Shown: positions 8,775 through 19,994 of the stretch, piece after piece
How positions within the stretch are numbered: position 1 is the first letter of the stretch
How the letters are laid out: each line of letters opens with the position of its first letter
Source: Candidatus Bathyarchaeota archaeon
GTDB taxonomy: Archaea; Thermoproteota; Bathyarchaeia; 40CM-2-53-6
Assembly (NCBI GenBank): GCA_963733055.1
Contig: CAVTBR010000003.1
Coordinates: forward strand, 224,001 to 288,000
Reading direction: 5' to 3'
DNA length: 64,000 nucleotides
Made by a program: the position numbers and the translations under genes
The notes under the pieces: generated by a model
What the model saw: the letters and a program-made list of their open reading frames with translations, nothing else
What the model was told of the DNA's origin: nothing
Databases searched by the model: none

Positions 8775-10490
8775 TCAGTAATGTCGCTCGGTTGGCTGGT
8801 AGCTGGTGATTGTAACAGGCGCGTAGTCCAGCCCGGCTTCCTCCCCCGTGTAGTACGCTAGAGTATGCTTCAGCCAATGTTCATCGTCTCTCTTGGGGTA
8901 GTCGGTGCGCGAATGGGCGCCTCGGGATTCTGTCCGGTTGAGGCCGCCGACCAAAATTACTTCGGAAATTTCGAACATCGACTCCAATTCGAGCACGTTA
9001 ATGAAGTTGCTATTATATTCCTTAGCCTGATCCTCAACATGCCTGAAGGCTCTTTTGTGAAGAGTGCGCAATTCTTGCAAACCCTGCTCGAGGCCTGTTC
9101 CAGTTCGGTAGACATAAGCGTACTTGTCCATAATCGTTTGTGCCTGGTCACGAATTTCGTAGGGATTTTCAGAGCCGCTTCCGTGTAGGATTTCGTCGAA
9201 GATCCGTTTTTCATCCCGTCCCACGGACTGCATGTCTAGCCTTCTCTCTGGATGAGTCGACGCGTATTTCGCAGCGCCTGCACCGCTTTTTGCGCCAAAC
9301 ACAAGGCATTCGGCTGTTGAGTTCGCGCCGAGGCGGTTGGCTCCGTTTATACTCACGCAGGCTGCTTCGCCTGAAGCCCAAAGGCCAGCTATTGGAGTTT
9401 CCGCGCTGATGTTCGTTTTGACTCCGCCCATCATGTAATGGCATACGGGACGTATCGGCAGAGGTTCGTTAATTGGATCGATTCCTTTGAACTTTAGAGC
9501 GATTTCCCTTATGCCAGAGAGCCGTTCGTTGATCTTTTCGGCGCCTAAATGACGAAGGTCGAGCAGCACATAATCCATCCCACTCGCAGAATCCTTGAGC
9601 CCCCGCCCTTCCAGAATCTCGGTAATGACTGCCCGTGATACGACATCGTGCGAGGCTAGATCCAATTTCTGCGGTGCATACTTCTTCATGAACCTCTCGC
9701 CGTCCTTGTTGACCAAAACTGCGCCGTCGCCGCGTGCGCCTTCGGTGATTAGTATACCCGACGGGATTAGCCCGGTTGGATGGAATTGCACGAATTCCAT
9801 GTCCATAATGGGCGCCCCGGCTCGGTAGGCTAGGGATAGTCCGTCTGGAGTTGATGAGTACCCGAAAGTGGCGAATCTGTATAGCCTTCCGGCACCACCC
9901 GTTGCGATAATTCCCGTTTTTGCATTGATTGGGTGGAAGTCACCCGTCTTCATGTCTATTGCCGTCAAGCCTCTGAATGTACCATGATCCACGATAAGTG
10001 ACGTGACGAACCATTCCTGAAAGAATTGAATGTTGTCAAATTTGCGGGTGGTGTCGTAGAGGGTCTGCATTTCGAAAAATCCCACGCGATCGGCTGCAAA
10101 GGTTGCTCGTGGAAAGTTGTATCCGCCGAAGTTACGTTGTGCTATCCTGCCGTCTTCGGTTCGGGACCAAGGCATTCCCCAATGCTCAAGTTGGTATATC
10201 TCCCCGGGCATAGCTCGAACGAAGAAATCTACCGCGTCTTGATCCGCGAGGAAATCGCTTCCCTTGATTGTGTCATAGATGTGGGATTCGAATGTGTCGC
10301 CCTTGTCAGGGTATAACACCGCCGCGGTTCCGCCCTCGGCCGAAACGGAATGTGACCTCATGGCTTGAACTTTTGTTACTACGGCGATGCTGATCTTGCC
10401 GTCTGACACTCGTGCGGCTTCGATCGCCGCGCGGAGGCCCGCGAGTCCAGAGCCCACGATAACGACGTCGAATGTCAGCGTTTCACTCAC
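8775..10490 (-). CDS. sdhA: Succinate dehydrogenase/fumarate reductase flavoprotein subunit
   Basis: GSGLAG, RSHSVSAEGG (FAD-binding His), QFHPTG, TEGARGDG, HYMMGG, GANRLGANS, ESRGAH. Confidence 0.95.
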   Translation of the reverse strand: MSETLTFDVVIVGSGLAGLRAAIEAARVSDGKISIAVVTKVQAMRSHSVSAEGGTAAVLYPDKGDTFESHIYDTIKGSDFLADQDAVDFFVRAMPGEIYQLEHWGMPWSRTEDGRIAQRNFGGYNFPRATFAADRVGFFEMQTLYDTTRKFDNIQFFQEWFVTSLIVDHGTFRGLTAIDMKTGDFHPINAKTGIIATGGAGRLYRFATFGYSSTPDGLSLAYRAGAPIMDMEFVQFHPTGLIPSGILITEGARGDGAVLVNKDGERFMKKYAPQKLDLASHDVVSRAVITEILEGRGLKDSASGMDYVLLDLRHLGAEKINERLSGIREIALKFKGIDPINEPLPIRPVCHYMMGGVKTNISAETPIAGLWASGEAACVSINGANRLGANSTAECLVFGAKSGAGAAKYASTHPERRLDMQSVGRDEKRIFDEILHGSGSENPYEIRDQAQTIMDKYAYVYRTGTGLEQGLQELRTLHKRAFRHVEDQAKEYNSNFINVLELESMFEISEVILVGGLNRTESRGAHSRTDYPKRDDEHWLKHTLAYYTGEEAGLDYAPVTITSYQPTERHY

Positions 10491-10599
10491 GCCATTCGAC
10501 CCCTAATTTTCTCGTGTCTTTGCATGCGCGACGGTCGATGCATATAAGTGTGGATGAGTACCGAGGCGTATTCGAAACGTTTCAGGAGGCGCACTCGGT

Positions 10600-11634
10600 T
10601 TGCCGACTAAAAGAGAAACGGTGGGTCGCCTCGCTGGTTTCGTGGTTGGATTTGGGGTTCTCCTCGGCTTCCTCTATTATGTCGGAATCGACACTGTGGT
10701 GAGAATCCTACTCAGCGTCAATCCAATCGTCATACTTCTAATGGTAGGGCTCCAATTGTTGGGGTTTGGATTTTACGCGACGGCGTGGTATTTGTTGATT
10801 TTAGCCGCAGGTTACCGTATGCGTTTCTTAACCTGCTTAGGGATAAGTCTCGCGAGCATTTTTGTGGTATACACTATGCCAAGCGGAGTCTTCCTTGAAG
10901 TGGCTAGATGTGTTTTCGGTTCAAGGGAGACCGGCATGCAATTGGGCGAATCCACCTCCACGGTTGTCCTTCATAGAATTCTTTACGTTCTTGGTTTCCT
11001 AGCCACGACCGCATTCGCGCTCTTCGCTCTTCTTAGCGGCGGCATGAACTCGGTTGGCTTGATCGAGTTGGCCTCCATTCCCTTCGTGACGGTGGCTGGA
11101 TTGGTTGTGTTACTCTATCTGTCCTTCGATCCAAAGAAAATCGCGCCAATTCTAAACCGAATCTTGAAGCTAGTACGACCGGTCATTAAGCTGATCCAGA
11201 AAGAAGCGGTCGTTGAGGGGAAGGCCGACCAATTTCTAGCTGAATACAACATAGGCTTCAGGAAGATGATATCGTCAAAACTCCATTTGGTGTTGTCATT
11301 TCTTGCAAGCCTAGGCGATTGGATCTGCTCCGTTGCAATACTTTGGATAGTTCTGGTCTCGCTGGACACGGGTGCATCACTTTGGGCAGTTATGATAACT
11401 GTCTCGATCGGTAAGATGATACAGATGACGCCTGTCGCGATTCCGGGTATGATCGGAGTCTACGAAACAGCCATAACTACTGTCCTCGCGCTCTTTGCCA
11501 TACCCGTTTCGATCGGGGCTTCCGCCGCCATATTATCCCGACTGGTGACCGTTTGGTTGGAACTTCCGATAACCGGGGTCGCCGCATACCATTACGGATT
11601 CAAACTTCTTAACAAATCGGCCTTTCACACTTGA
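10600..11634 (+). CDS. Lysylphosphatidylglycerol synthase TM / UPF0104 flippase-like membrane protein
   Basis: Multi-TM; TPVAIPGMIGVYE and AILSRLVTVW motifs. Confidence 0.8.
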   Translation: MPTKRETVGRLAGFVVGFGVLLGFLYYVGIDTVVRILLSVNPIVILLMVGLQLLGFGFYATAWYLLILAAGYRMRFLTCLGISLASIFVVYTMPSGVFLEVARCVFGSRETGMQLGESTSTVVLHRILYVLGFLATTAFALFALLSGGMNSVGLIELASIPFVTVAGLVVLLYLSFDPKKIAPILNRILKLVRPVIKLIQKEAVVEGKADQFLAEYNIGFRKMISSKLHLVLSFLASLGDWICSVAILWIVLVSLDTGASLWAVMITVSIGKMIQMTPVAIPGMIGVYETAITTVLALFAIPVSIGASAAILSRLVTVWLELPITGVAAYHYGFKLLNKSAFHT

Positions 11635-12429
11635 GTTCTAGTCGCAGGCTGTGAGTTTTGCTCGATCACTGAGATAACTTTCCTTACATAATCGAAGAAC
11701 TCTTGCGTCATAGCGACCTTTTCGCGGGGGCGCGGTAATTCCACTGCAATGTCGGCAACGATGCTTCCGGGCCTGGCCCGCAGGATAATGATTCTGTCAG
11801 CCATGAAAACAGCTTCATGCACATTGTGGGTTACCATTACGAAAGTGTCTGTGACTTTGGTGGGTTCTCGCCAAATCTCAAGAACCTCCTTGCGAAGAGC
11901 GTTGGCGGTCAATTCGTCAAGAGATGAGAACGGTTCATCCATCAATAGAACCTCGGGTTCGACTGCTAGCGCACGGGCTATGCCCACCCTTTGCTTCATT
12001 CCTCCAGAGAGCTCTCGCGGATAAGACTCCTCGAAGCCACTGAGCCCCACCAAGTCTATGTACTTCGCGGCTTTTTCCCGTCGGGCACGCAATGGTATCC
12101 CTTGAGCCTCAAGCCCTAGCTCGACGTTCTCCCGAACATTCTTCCATGGCAGTAACGCGAAAGTTTGGAAAATCATTGAGATCTTCGGCGAGGGCATGGT
12201 TACCTGTTCCCCCTTGGCAAAGACTTGCCCGGAGGTTGGCAGATCCAATCCATCTAGGATCCTCAGGAGAGTTGATTTTCCGCATCCCGAAGGGCCTACG
12301 ATGCAGAGAAATTCGTGTGGAAATACGTCAAAGGTTACCGACTCCAGCGCACGTATCTTCTGGTTACCCGCTTCGAAGGTTTTGGAAACACCCTGTACCT
12401 GAAGTACTGCAGATGCTGCCGTCGCTCAC
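11625..12429 (-). CDS. ABC transporter ATP-binding protein, NitT/TauT family (apparent 1-nt insertion just after the GTG start)
   Basis: Walker A GPSGCGKST lies upstream of the listed ORF in the same frame; LSGGMKQRV and LLMDEPF present; GTG at 12429 overlaps the permease stop and is in frame if one base is removed from CG[A]CG. Confidence 0.9.
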
Positions 12430-14189
12430 GCCTCGAATTTGTATTTATCGACCTGTTTGAGGGAGTAATGCCAAACAGTTCGGTTCATGAGAAAGACGAT
12501 CCCGGCCATCAAGCCTATCGCCACAAGAACCAACTGCGTGTCACCCGTACCAACCGAGATATCAAGAAGATACCCTAACCCTGCAACATGATAGGTTTTA
12601 GTTCCTAGGTTAATGTACTCGGAAGCTATTGTCGCATTCCAACCGCCGCCCCATGCTTGGATACTTCCTAAAATAATCGCGGGCAGAATCGAAGGCAATA
12701 CAACGTTTCTGATGTAGCCCAAACCTCGCAACCCGAAGCAACGGGAGGCTTCAATCACGTCTGAAGGTATTGCCTTAACTGCACCGATTATGTTGAAGAG
12801 AAGGTACCACTGCATGCCCGTAAGCACGAGAACTACTGAGGCCAATTCAAGCCCAAACTCAGAACCGTGGAAGTAGTTAATCACGACGCTGATCACGATT
12901 GGAAACAACGCCAATGCCGGAACGGATTGTGCGATATCGAAGACGGGTAGAAGTGCGTTGAATAGTCTCTCGCTTCGGGCAATTCCTATACCTGCGACTA
13001 ATGTCCAACTCAACGCTATGAGATAGCCAACTAGCAACCGAGCGACCGAACCGAGTGCGTAGCTTGGAAGAAGCGCAAGCTCGTGTCTCAGAACAAATTC
13101 GTGCAAAGCCTCTGGAAGTTTCGGAGGTACAAGAACTCTGAAGATCACGATGGCGAGAACGATTCCGATTACGGTCCCTATCAAACGTGCGAAGCGAGAA
13201 TGCTTGTGCCAGGCAGTTCGAATGTTAAAGTGCGTGAGTGTGTTCGCGTGACGAAATCGAAGTAGGTGTGGGTAGTACCGATGCTCGATCGTTACCACCG
13301 GTTCGACAACGGTCGCGAGTCCATTAGAAACCTTCCTGAGCTCCGTTACAAGCAAATGTGTAGCTCGTGACTGGACTCGTCTATGGCCGGGCAGGACGGA
13401 AGTTTCGTACTTAAATTTTTCCGCATGATCCATTAAGGGATGCCATACGAGACGGTTGATGATCCCAACTATTACGACCAATATTAGTAGACCAAAGATT
13501 GAGGCTGTGATGTTGCCATCAAGCGCCGCCTTGAATATGTAGAATCCCAAACCTGGAAGTTCGTATACTTTGTTAGCAAAGCTAAGGTACTCGCACGCAA
13601 TCAGGAAATACCAACCGCCTCCCCAAGCTAGAATGCTTCCTGAAATGAAGGGAGGATATATCGCAGGAAGCACAACGTCCCGGAGATATTTCGTTCTACG
13701 AATGCCGAAACTGTGAGCTGCCTCCGAAATATCCCGCGGAATGGTCTTCACTCCACCGTAAACTCCGAAGGTAACCGCCCACACCATGCCCGTGAAGATA
13801 AGAATCACTGAAGCGAGTTCTTGTCCAATTACGTTTCCGTTGAAAAGAGAAAGGAAGAGAATGATTACTCCTGGGAGATAGCCCAAAACAGGTATGGATT
13901 GAAGTATGTCGAGAATCGGTATGAGAAATTGTTCCGCACGCTTACTCATCGCGGCTGTAATCCCATAAACAAGTGCGAACGCAACGGACAGTCCATATGC
14001 TAGAACCATTCGGATCATAGTTCGAATGATGAAATTATCCTCATTCAACTGAAACAGGTCAGCAGTGTAACGATAGGAAAAGATCGAATGGAGGCTGGGG
14101 CCCAGAATTGGAATTTGAGCCAACAAATAAAATGATAAGGGGACACCGGCGAGGATGAAGTAGTCTGGCCGAAGACGAAAACCGCCCAC
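12426..14189 (-). CDS. ABC transporter permease with two fused NitT/TauT-type membrane domains
   Basis: Internally duplicated LQSIPVL/AQSVPAL and EAA-loop (ISEAAHSFG, VIEASRCFG) motifs, GGGW motifs. Confidence 0.9.
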   Translation of the reverse strand: MGGFRLRPDYFILAGVPLSFYLLAQIPILGPSLHSIFSYRYTADLFQLNEDNFIIRTMIRMVLAYGLSVAFALVYGITAAMSKRAEQFLIPILDILQSIPVLGYLPGVIILFLSLFNGNVIGQELASVILIFTGMVWAVTFGVYGGVKTIPRDISEAAHSFGIRRTKYLRDVVLPAIYPPFISGSILAWGGGWYFLIACEYLSFANKVYELPGLGFYIFKAALDGNITASIFGLLILVVIVGIINRLVWHPLMDHAEKFKYETSVLPGHRRVQSRATHLLVTELRKVSNGLATVVEPVVTIEHRYYPHLLRFRHANTLTHFNIRTAWHKHSRFARLIGTVIGIVLAIVIFRVLVPPKLPEALHEFVLRHELALLPSYALGSVARLLVGYLIALSWTLVAGIGIARSERLFNALLPVFDIAQSVPALALFPIVISVVINYFHGSEFGLELASVVLVLTGMQWYLLFNIIGAVKAIPSDVIEASRCFGLRGLGYIRNVVLPSILPAIILGSIQAWGGGWNATIASEYINLGTKTYHVAGLGYLLDISVGTGDTQLVLVAIGLMAGIVFLMNRTVWHYSLKQVDKYKFEA

Positions 14190-14346
14190 AAACGTCCCAG
14201 CCCACCTCTGTTGCGCTTTTGGAGTTCTTTACCGAGGCGAACCTATGAACCTTAAATCTATTCCGCAAGGAGTTTGCGTGTAAGAACCGAAGAATTGCTC
14301 ACCATTCTTATATTAAACGGAAAACATGCCTTCCTTGTGAATCGAC

Positions 14347-14631
14347 TTGGCACTGGTAGGCTATGAGTGGCTGGTTATAGTAGGAATTTTACTAGTCATA
14401 TTCTTATGGGGGCCGCAGAAGTTACCTGAACTGGCAAGGTCAATCGGGATAGCCAAGAAGGAATTTGAAAAAGCAGCAAAGGACTCATCATCACCAGGCG
14501 GTACGGCATCTACTTCGCAGCCCTCTACAGATCCTTTGCTTGTTGCAGCGAAGAATCTAGGCATCGCCACCGAGGGCAAGACAAAAGAAGAGATCGCAAG
14601 GGAAATAGCCGACAAGACCTCGCCTAAATGA
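14347..14631 (+). CDS. tatA: Twin-arginine translocase subunit TatA
   Basis: TM + WGPQKLPELARSIGIAKKEF. Confidence 0.93.
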   Translation: MALVGYEWLVIVGILLVIFLWGPQKLPELARSIGIAKKEFEKAAKDSSSPGGTASTSQPSTDPLLVAAKNLGIATEGKTKEEIAREIADKTSPK

Positions 14632-14800
14632 AACCGATTACCCGGCTTCGCTTCCAAGCACTGAGGCGCACAACCGACTACAACGAGCCCATCATTAGAC
14701 TTCAATCAGAAGAGTTTTCTTCACCTTAAAGGCAATGCTGCGCGAGCTCTGGCGTGTAACCAAACCCACATCAAAGTACGTTGCACCTGTGGCGTGAATT

Positions 14801-15697
14801 TTGTCTGAAAAACCGGATGGTGAGAAGACAGGAACGATCTGGGAACATTTATCGGAGCTAACCAAACGTCTGAAGATCATAATTATCGTCCTTGCGGTGA
14901 CCTGCTCCATCGGCTTCTTGCCATCTGATCTCCAGGGCTACTCGGATCCGTTGCATGGATACAAGCCAGTAGTATCGATAATGATGCAGAAGATGAAACA
15001 TGACTTTCTACCTAGCGGGGCCACTCTCATAGCATCAGGTCTCGTGGACACGCTTTTTGTTTACATGTACCTTACCCTGCTCATCGGTGTCGTGCTGGCT
15101 TCGCCGGTTATCGCGTATGAAATCTATGCATATGTGAAGCCGGCTCTTTACCCGAACGAACGCAGATACATCTCGTGGTTCGTGGCGTCTTTTGTCGGGC
15201 TCTTCACTCTTGGGCTTGTAATGGCCTACGTCGTAATAATACCGATTACGTTTCAAATTCTGGTATGGTTCATAACTAATGGAGGAGCAGTTCCGTTCAT
15301 TGGCATAAAGGACTTCTACAACTGGATCTTCACGCTTCTTCTCGCATCTGGCATTTTCTATACTATCCCTGTATTCATCGTACTTCTCGTGCAGTTCGGA
15401 ATCATCTCGACAAAAGTTCTCTCGGGCAAAACGAAAATTGCAATCTATGTTGCATTGGAAATGATTATCTGGACTTTCGGTCCCGACCCGACTCCAATTA
15501 CAGCTACTATCATAATGATTCCCTTTGCAGCAATCTTCGAAATAGCCGCATATGTAGCAAGAAGAATCGAGAGAAATCGCCCAACGACTGATACTTATGC
15601 CTCGCCAAGGGTTCGGCTAGGTACAGTGGCATGCAGATTCTGTGGCGGCGACGTATCCTCATCCTTCTGCGTAGCATGCGGCAAATCCCAAGTCTAA
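14801..15697 (+). CDS. tatC: Twin-arginine translocase subunit TatC with C-terminal zinc ribbon
   Basis: WEHLSELTKRL, YVKPALYPNE, GPDPTP; tail CRFC-x8-CVAC. Confidence 0.93.
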   Translation: MSEKPDGEKTGTIWEHLSELTKRLKIIIIVLAVTCSIGFLPSDLQGYSDPLHGYKPVVSIMMQKMKHDFLPSGATLIASGLVDTLFVYMYLTLLIGVVLASPVIAYEIYAYVKPALYPNERRYISWFVASFVGLFTLGLVMAYVVIIPITFQILVWFITNGGAVPFIGIKDFYNWIFTLLLASGIFYTIPVFIVLLVQFGIISTKVLSGKTKIAIYVALEMIIWTFGPDPTPITATIIMIPFAAIFEIAAYVARRIERNRPTTDTYASPRVRLGTVACRFCGGDVSSSFCVACGKSQV

Positions 15698-15856
15698 TCG
15701 AAAGGCCACCGTAAAGACATGCTGAACTTCCGGGATCTTGAATGATGAATCTGAGCAATGGTCAAGGTGACGGAGTCGTGCCTCTGATTTTCAGACTCCG
15801 TGGGCACTTCAGTACTCTTATAGGGCGCAAAAGGCTGCCCAAGTATGTGAAATGAA

Positions 15857-16216
15857 TTGCCACTCTTTGGACTTGACGGATTAGCCATAGTCGCAATACT
15901 CTTAGTGGTCTTCCTCTGGGGTCCGTCGAAAGTTCCCGAAATGGCCAGAGTAATAGGCCAGGCAAAGAGAGAGTTCGATAAAGCAGCCAAAGAGGTCACG
16001 TCACTTGCGGAAGTGAAGTCCATAACGGAACCTGTCACAGGCATTAACAAAACTGTCATCAACCAAGCAACGAGCGCATCAGAGGTTAATCATACAATCA
16101 CCCAGCCTGCGCAAGACCCGATCATAGTTGCCGCAAAGAGTCTGGGCATCACCACCTTAGGAAAGACGAGGCAAGAACTCGCAACGGAAATTACCAATCT
16201 AACCGCCAAGAAGTGA
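15857..16216 (+). CDS. tatA: Second TatA/TatB-family protein
   Basis: WGPSKVPEMARVIGQAKREF. Confidence 0.88.
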   Translation: MPLFGLDGLAIVAILLVVFLWGPSKVPEMARVIGQAKREFDKAAKEVTSLAEVKSITEPVTGINKTVINQATSASEVNHTITQPAQDPIIVAAKSLGITTLGKTRQELATEITNLTAKK

Positions 16217-16339
16217 GCGCCAGGTCGCACTGTAGGCTCAGCATCACACTGAATGCGGATTTAGCGAGGTATATTGCCCGGCCTCTTACCGATCGGGATG
16301 TTTTCTATCCCGAAAGTGGCAAGTCTAGAATTTAGGAGC

Positions 16340-16516
16340 CTAACGGGCTTTTACTCGTTTTACGATTGGTGGTCTTGACTTTCTTAGAACTCTGTAGCCG
16401 CAGAAGGGGCATTTGATTTCGGGCGTCATGGCTAGTTGATCGGCGGTTAGATGTTGGCCGCAGCTTATGCACTCATACATTATGCCCGTTGGCTGCTCGC
16501 TGGTTACATCAGACAT
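16340..16516 (-). CDS. rpoP: DNA-directed RNA polymerase subunit P (Rpo12)
   Basis: YECISCG...IKCPFCGYRVLRKSRPPIVKRVKAR. Confidence 0.93.
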   Translation of the reverse strand: MSDVTSEQPTGIMYECISCGQHLTADQLAMTPEIKCPFCGYRVLRKSRPPIVKRVKAR

Positions 16517-16572
16517 CGACACGAACCACGAAACCACCCTGCTTCAGCCTGAATTAAACCTTTACAGAACAA

Positions 16573-17784
16573 TCACGAATGACGTTTCATGAAGCCCTCG
16601 ATCAAATCGAAGGCCTCAGACATCATTGATTCCTCCGGAAGGAAGACAGACCTGAAATGACCGCTACCATAGACTGGGTCGAAGCCAGAACCATGAACCA
16701 CGAGCACGCCCGTATCTTCTAACAGTTCAGTCACGAATTCGTTGTCATTCTTCCATTTTGTGCCTTGTAATTGAATCTTGGGAAAAAGGTAGAAGGCTCC
16801 CCGCGGTTTTGCGGCGGTTAACCCTGGTATTCCGCTCAATCGTTTCAATGCGAATTCACGCCGACGTTTTAGGGTTGAGACCATTTGTGTGATGTGGTCC
16901 TGAGGACCGGTCAAGGCTGCTATTCCGCCATACTGTGCGGGGGTACTCGCGCAAAGACGGACACGTGACATTTTCTCAATCGACTCCCAAACATATTTCA
17001 GCTTGCCGTTTGGATCCTGTACGTAGATGTATCCGAGCCGCCACCCCGTCATCAGGTAAGCCTTGGAAAACCCGTTAAGGCAAAAGATTGGGAGTTCTTT
17101 GGCGGTGGAAGCTAGGGAAGTAAATTTGCCGTCGAAAACTATTCTGTCATATATTTCGTCCGCTGCGACTGGGATATTGTGTGCCCTTGCTATTTCGAGA
17201 ATCTTCAACACGTCTTTTTCTGAGTACACTGACCCTGTTGGGTTGCTAGGATTCATCACTACGATGAGTCGTGTGCGCTCGGTAACTTTCCTTTCAAGAT
17301 CAATGAGGTCGGGCGCCCAATCGTTCTCTTCAATGGTCCTGTAAGTTATCGGTTTTCCTTCGAAGAATTTTGTGTAGGTGAGGTACGGGGAGTAACATGG
17401 GCCGGGCATTAGCACTTCGTCACCTGGGTTGACCAAGGAGGCCATCAGGAACATGATTGCTTCGGAGATACCTTGGGTTACGACGACGTTGCGTGCTTCG
17501 ATTTGAGCGCGGTTTACGATGTTCTCCTTCTCGGCGATCGCCTCCCGCAGCTCCTTCAGACCCTCGGATGCAGAGTAATGATTCGCGCCTGTATCGATCG
17601 CTTTCTTGGTTGCTTCTTTAATGTGCAGTGGGGTGTCGAACCCATATTTTACAGGATCCCCGATGTTTAGGTGAATGATCCTCTTTCCTTTACGGCTCAC
17701 TTCCTCAGCCTTGGAGATAACGTCACGAATAGCGTACTCGACGCCCTCGGCTCTTCTCGAGGGCTTTACCGTTTCCTGCAGCAT
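16573..17784 (-). CDS. PLP-dependent class I/II aminotransferase (alanine aminotransferase-like)
   Basis: VEYAIRD, LNIGDP, NPSNPTG, DEIYD, GFSKAYLMTGWRLG. Confidence 0.9.
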   Translation of the reverse strand: MLQETVKPSRRAEGVEYAIRDVISKAEEVSRKGKRIIHLNIGDPVKYGFDTPLHIKEATKKAIDTGANHYSASEGLKELREAIAEKENIVNRAQIEARNVVVTQGISEAIMFLMASLVNPGDEVLMPGPCYSPYLTYTKFFEGKPITYRTIEENDWAPDLIDLERKVTERTRLIVVMNPSNPTGSVYSEKDVLKILEIARAHNIPVAADEIYDRIVFDGKFTSLASTAKELPIFCLNGFSKAYLMTGWRLGYIYVQDPNGKLKYVWESIEKMSRVRLCASTPAQYGGIAALTGPQDHITQMVSTLKRRREFALKRLSGIPGLTAAKPRGAFYLFPKIQLQGTKWKNDNEFVTELLEDTGVLVVHGSGFDPVYGSGHFRSVFLPEESMMSEAFDLIEGFMKRHS

Positions 17785-17867
17785 TGCAACCCGAGCCGCT
17801 ATCCCATACCGGGATTATTAGCGTTCCTTATCCAAGTTCAGCGGGGACGGGAACCTCAGTCCTTGAA

Positions 17868-19947
17868 CTAGTGAAGTAACGCGTAGATGAAGAGCGGTGC
17901 TAGTGCAAGGGTTATCGTGTTCAACAGTTTAACAACAACATGCAGTGACGGGCCGGCAGTATCCTTGAGTGGGTCCCCAAGCGTGTCTCCTATAACGGTC
18001 GCTGCGTGAACTGGTGACCCCTTTCCTCCTAGGTGTCCTGCTTCTACGTACTTCTTCGCATTGTCGAGTGCGGCTCCAACATTGTTCATAAACAATGCCA
18101 TGAGCACGCCGACGACTGTTCCAACCATGAGTAGCCCTCCGGCGGCCTCAGCCCCCAACAATACGCCAACTAGGATTGGTCCTACTACGATGAGAAGGCT
18201 CGGATACACCATGTTTCTCAGAGCGGCCTTGGTACTGATGTCGATGCAACGCGAATAATCGGGTTTTGCCTTGCCTTTCATGATTCCTGGGATTGCTTTG
18301 AATTGACGTCTGATCTCACGAATCATTACGGCCGACGTATTTCCTACTGCTTTGATTGCCAAGGAGCTGAAGAAGAAAATTAGCATTGCTCCGATAAAGG
18401 CGCCTACGAAAACTCCCGGCTTCGATAAGTCCACACCTTTTAGTCCAGCCACCTCCAGGAACGCGCTGAAGAGTAGGAAAGCTGAGAGGGCAGCGGATGC
18501 GACGCCGTAACCCTTCGTAAGGGCTTTGGTAGTATTTCCGACTGAGTCTAACTCGTCCGAGACGACCCGAGCTCTTGCAGGTACACCTGACATCTCCAAG
18601 ATCCCGCCCGCATTGTCAGTGATGGGCCCGAATCCATCCATGGCTAACACCATCGGAGTGACAGAGAGCATACCCATCGTTGCAATCGCAGTTCCATACA
18701 GGCCTTTCTGGAACGCTGGGCTTGTAAGATCCAAATTACCGCCCAGCGAAGCGAATCCGTTGCCTAACCAGAATGCAAGCAGAATTGCAGCCCCGATAAC
18801 GATTATGAAGAGTCCGGTAGACGACATACCGACTGCGAGGCCATTGACTATACCCGGAGCAGCGCCACTCTCAGAAGCCAGAGCAATTCCCAAGGTAGGG
18901 CTTCTGTGGTATGATGTGTAATAGTCGGTGATCAATGCAACGGCCAACGCTGCGACTATGCCCACAAGCGAGGCGAAGAAGTAGTCAATATCTCCGTTGA
19001 GAAGAATCATCGTAAGCACGTAAAATCCTAAACGCGCTGATTACGCCTGCAACCACAAGCCCTCGTATTAGTGATGAGAACGGGTTCTCCTTCTTGCGGT
19101 GGTACACGAAGAAAGCCCCAACGATAGTTCCAATCAGACCAAAAGCACGAGCCATCAGCGGAAAAATCAGGCCATTTACTCCAAACATCACATAAACCGC
19201 CGGTGCGATGCCGAGGATCATCGCTCCAATGTTTTCGGCGGTTATGGATTCGAAAAGATCGGCACCACGTCCTGCAATATCACCAACATTGTCGCCCACT
19301 AAGTCGGCTATGACCGCGGGGTTACGAGGGTCATCCTCAGGAATACCCGCCTCGACTTTCCCAACCAAATCGGCCGACATGTCCGCTGCTTTCGTGTAAA
19401 TTCCCCCACCAAGCTGAGCGAATAGTGCGGCGAAACTTGCGCCGAAACCGAATCCAACCATAAGCCGGGGATCTCCATGAAATACTAAGAACAAGGACGA
19501 GATACCAAGTAGGCTCAGGGACACAACGGCCAATCCGAAGACTACTCCACCTCGGAAAGCTATCTTCAACGCCCGGTCTAGGCTGGTCATCGCCCCTCTC
19601 GCCGCGCAAACGTTTGACCTCACCGAGATGAACATGGCAATGTACCCGGCCAAATTGGAAGCAAGCGCACCCAACATGAAACCTGCAGCCGTATCGACGC
19701 CAAGCCAGGGGTTCGATGCGTCGCGGATAGCAACCGCCAGAAGAACGGTGGTAATGACAGCGATTATGCTAATGGTTCGATATTGACGAGCCAAGTACGC
19801 CTCTGCTCCAGTTTTGATTGCGGCGGAAATTTCCCTCATTCGATCAGTCCCGGTGTCCTGCTTCAAGATCCAATTGGCCAGGATTCCTGCAACGGCGAGT
19901 GATAGGAAACTTGCTGCGAATACGTATTCGATTGTCATTCCTTTCAA
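17868..19947 (-). CDS. hppA: Membrane H+-translocating pyrophosphatase, K+-independent type (apparent 1-nt insertion at 19030-19032)
   Basis: GGIYTKAADMSADLVGKVEAGIPEDDPRN, GDNVGD, GNTTKA (Lys, K+-independent signature), GDPLKDTAGP; removing one T restores ISALGFYVLTM. Confidence 0.93.
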
Positions 19948-19986
19948 CTCTCTAGGTGAACGCGACGTGCGTAGGAATGCAAGTCG

Positions 19987-19994
19987 TTATTTAA
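19987..19994 (-). promoter_or_regulatory. Putative TATA box of hppA
   Basis: TTAAATAA on the minus strand about 40-50 nt upstream of the start. Confidence 0.5.

Noticed and set aside
9648-9650. SdhA catalytic Arg replaced by His (DLASHDVVSR), suggesting altered chemistry
   Set aside because: CAC would be CGC inside TCGCGCGA, i.e. the CGCG error context; most likely a miscall
12420-12429. Permease TGA is in frame with the ATPase, suggesting read-through fusion or an ACG start
   Set aside because: Removing one base from CG[A]CG gives a normal GTGA-coupled start (MSAAASAVL)
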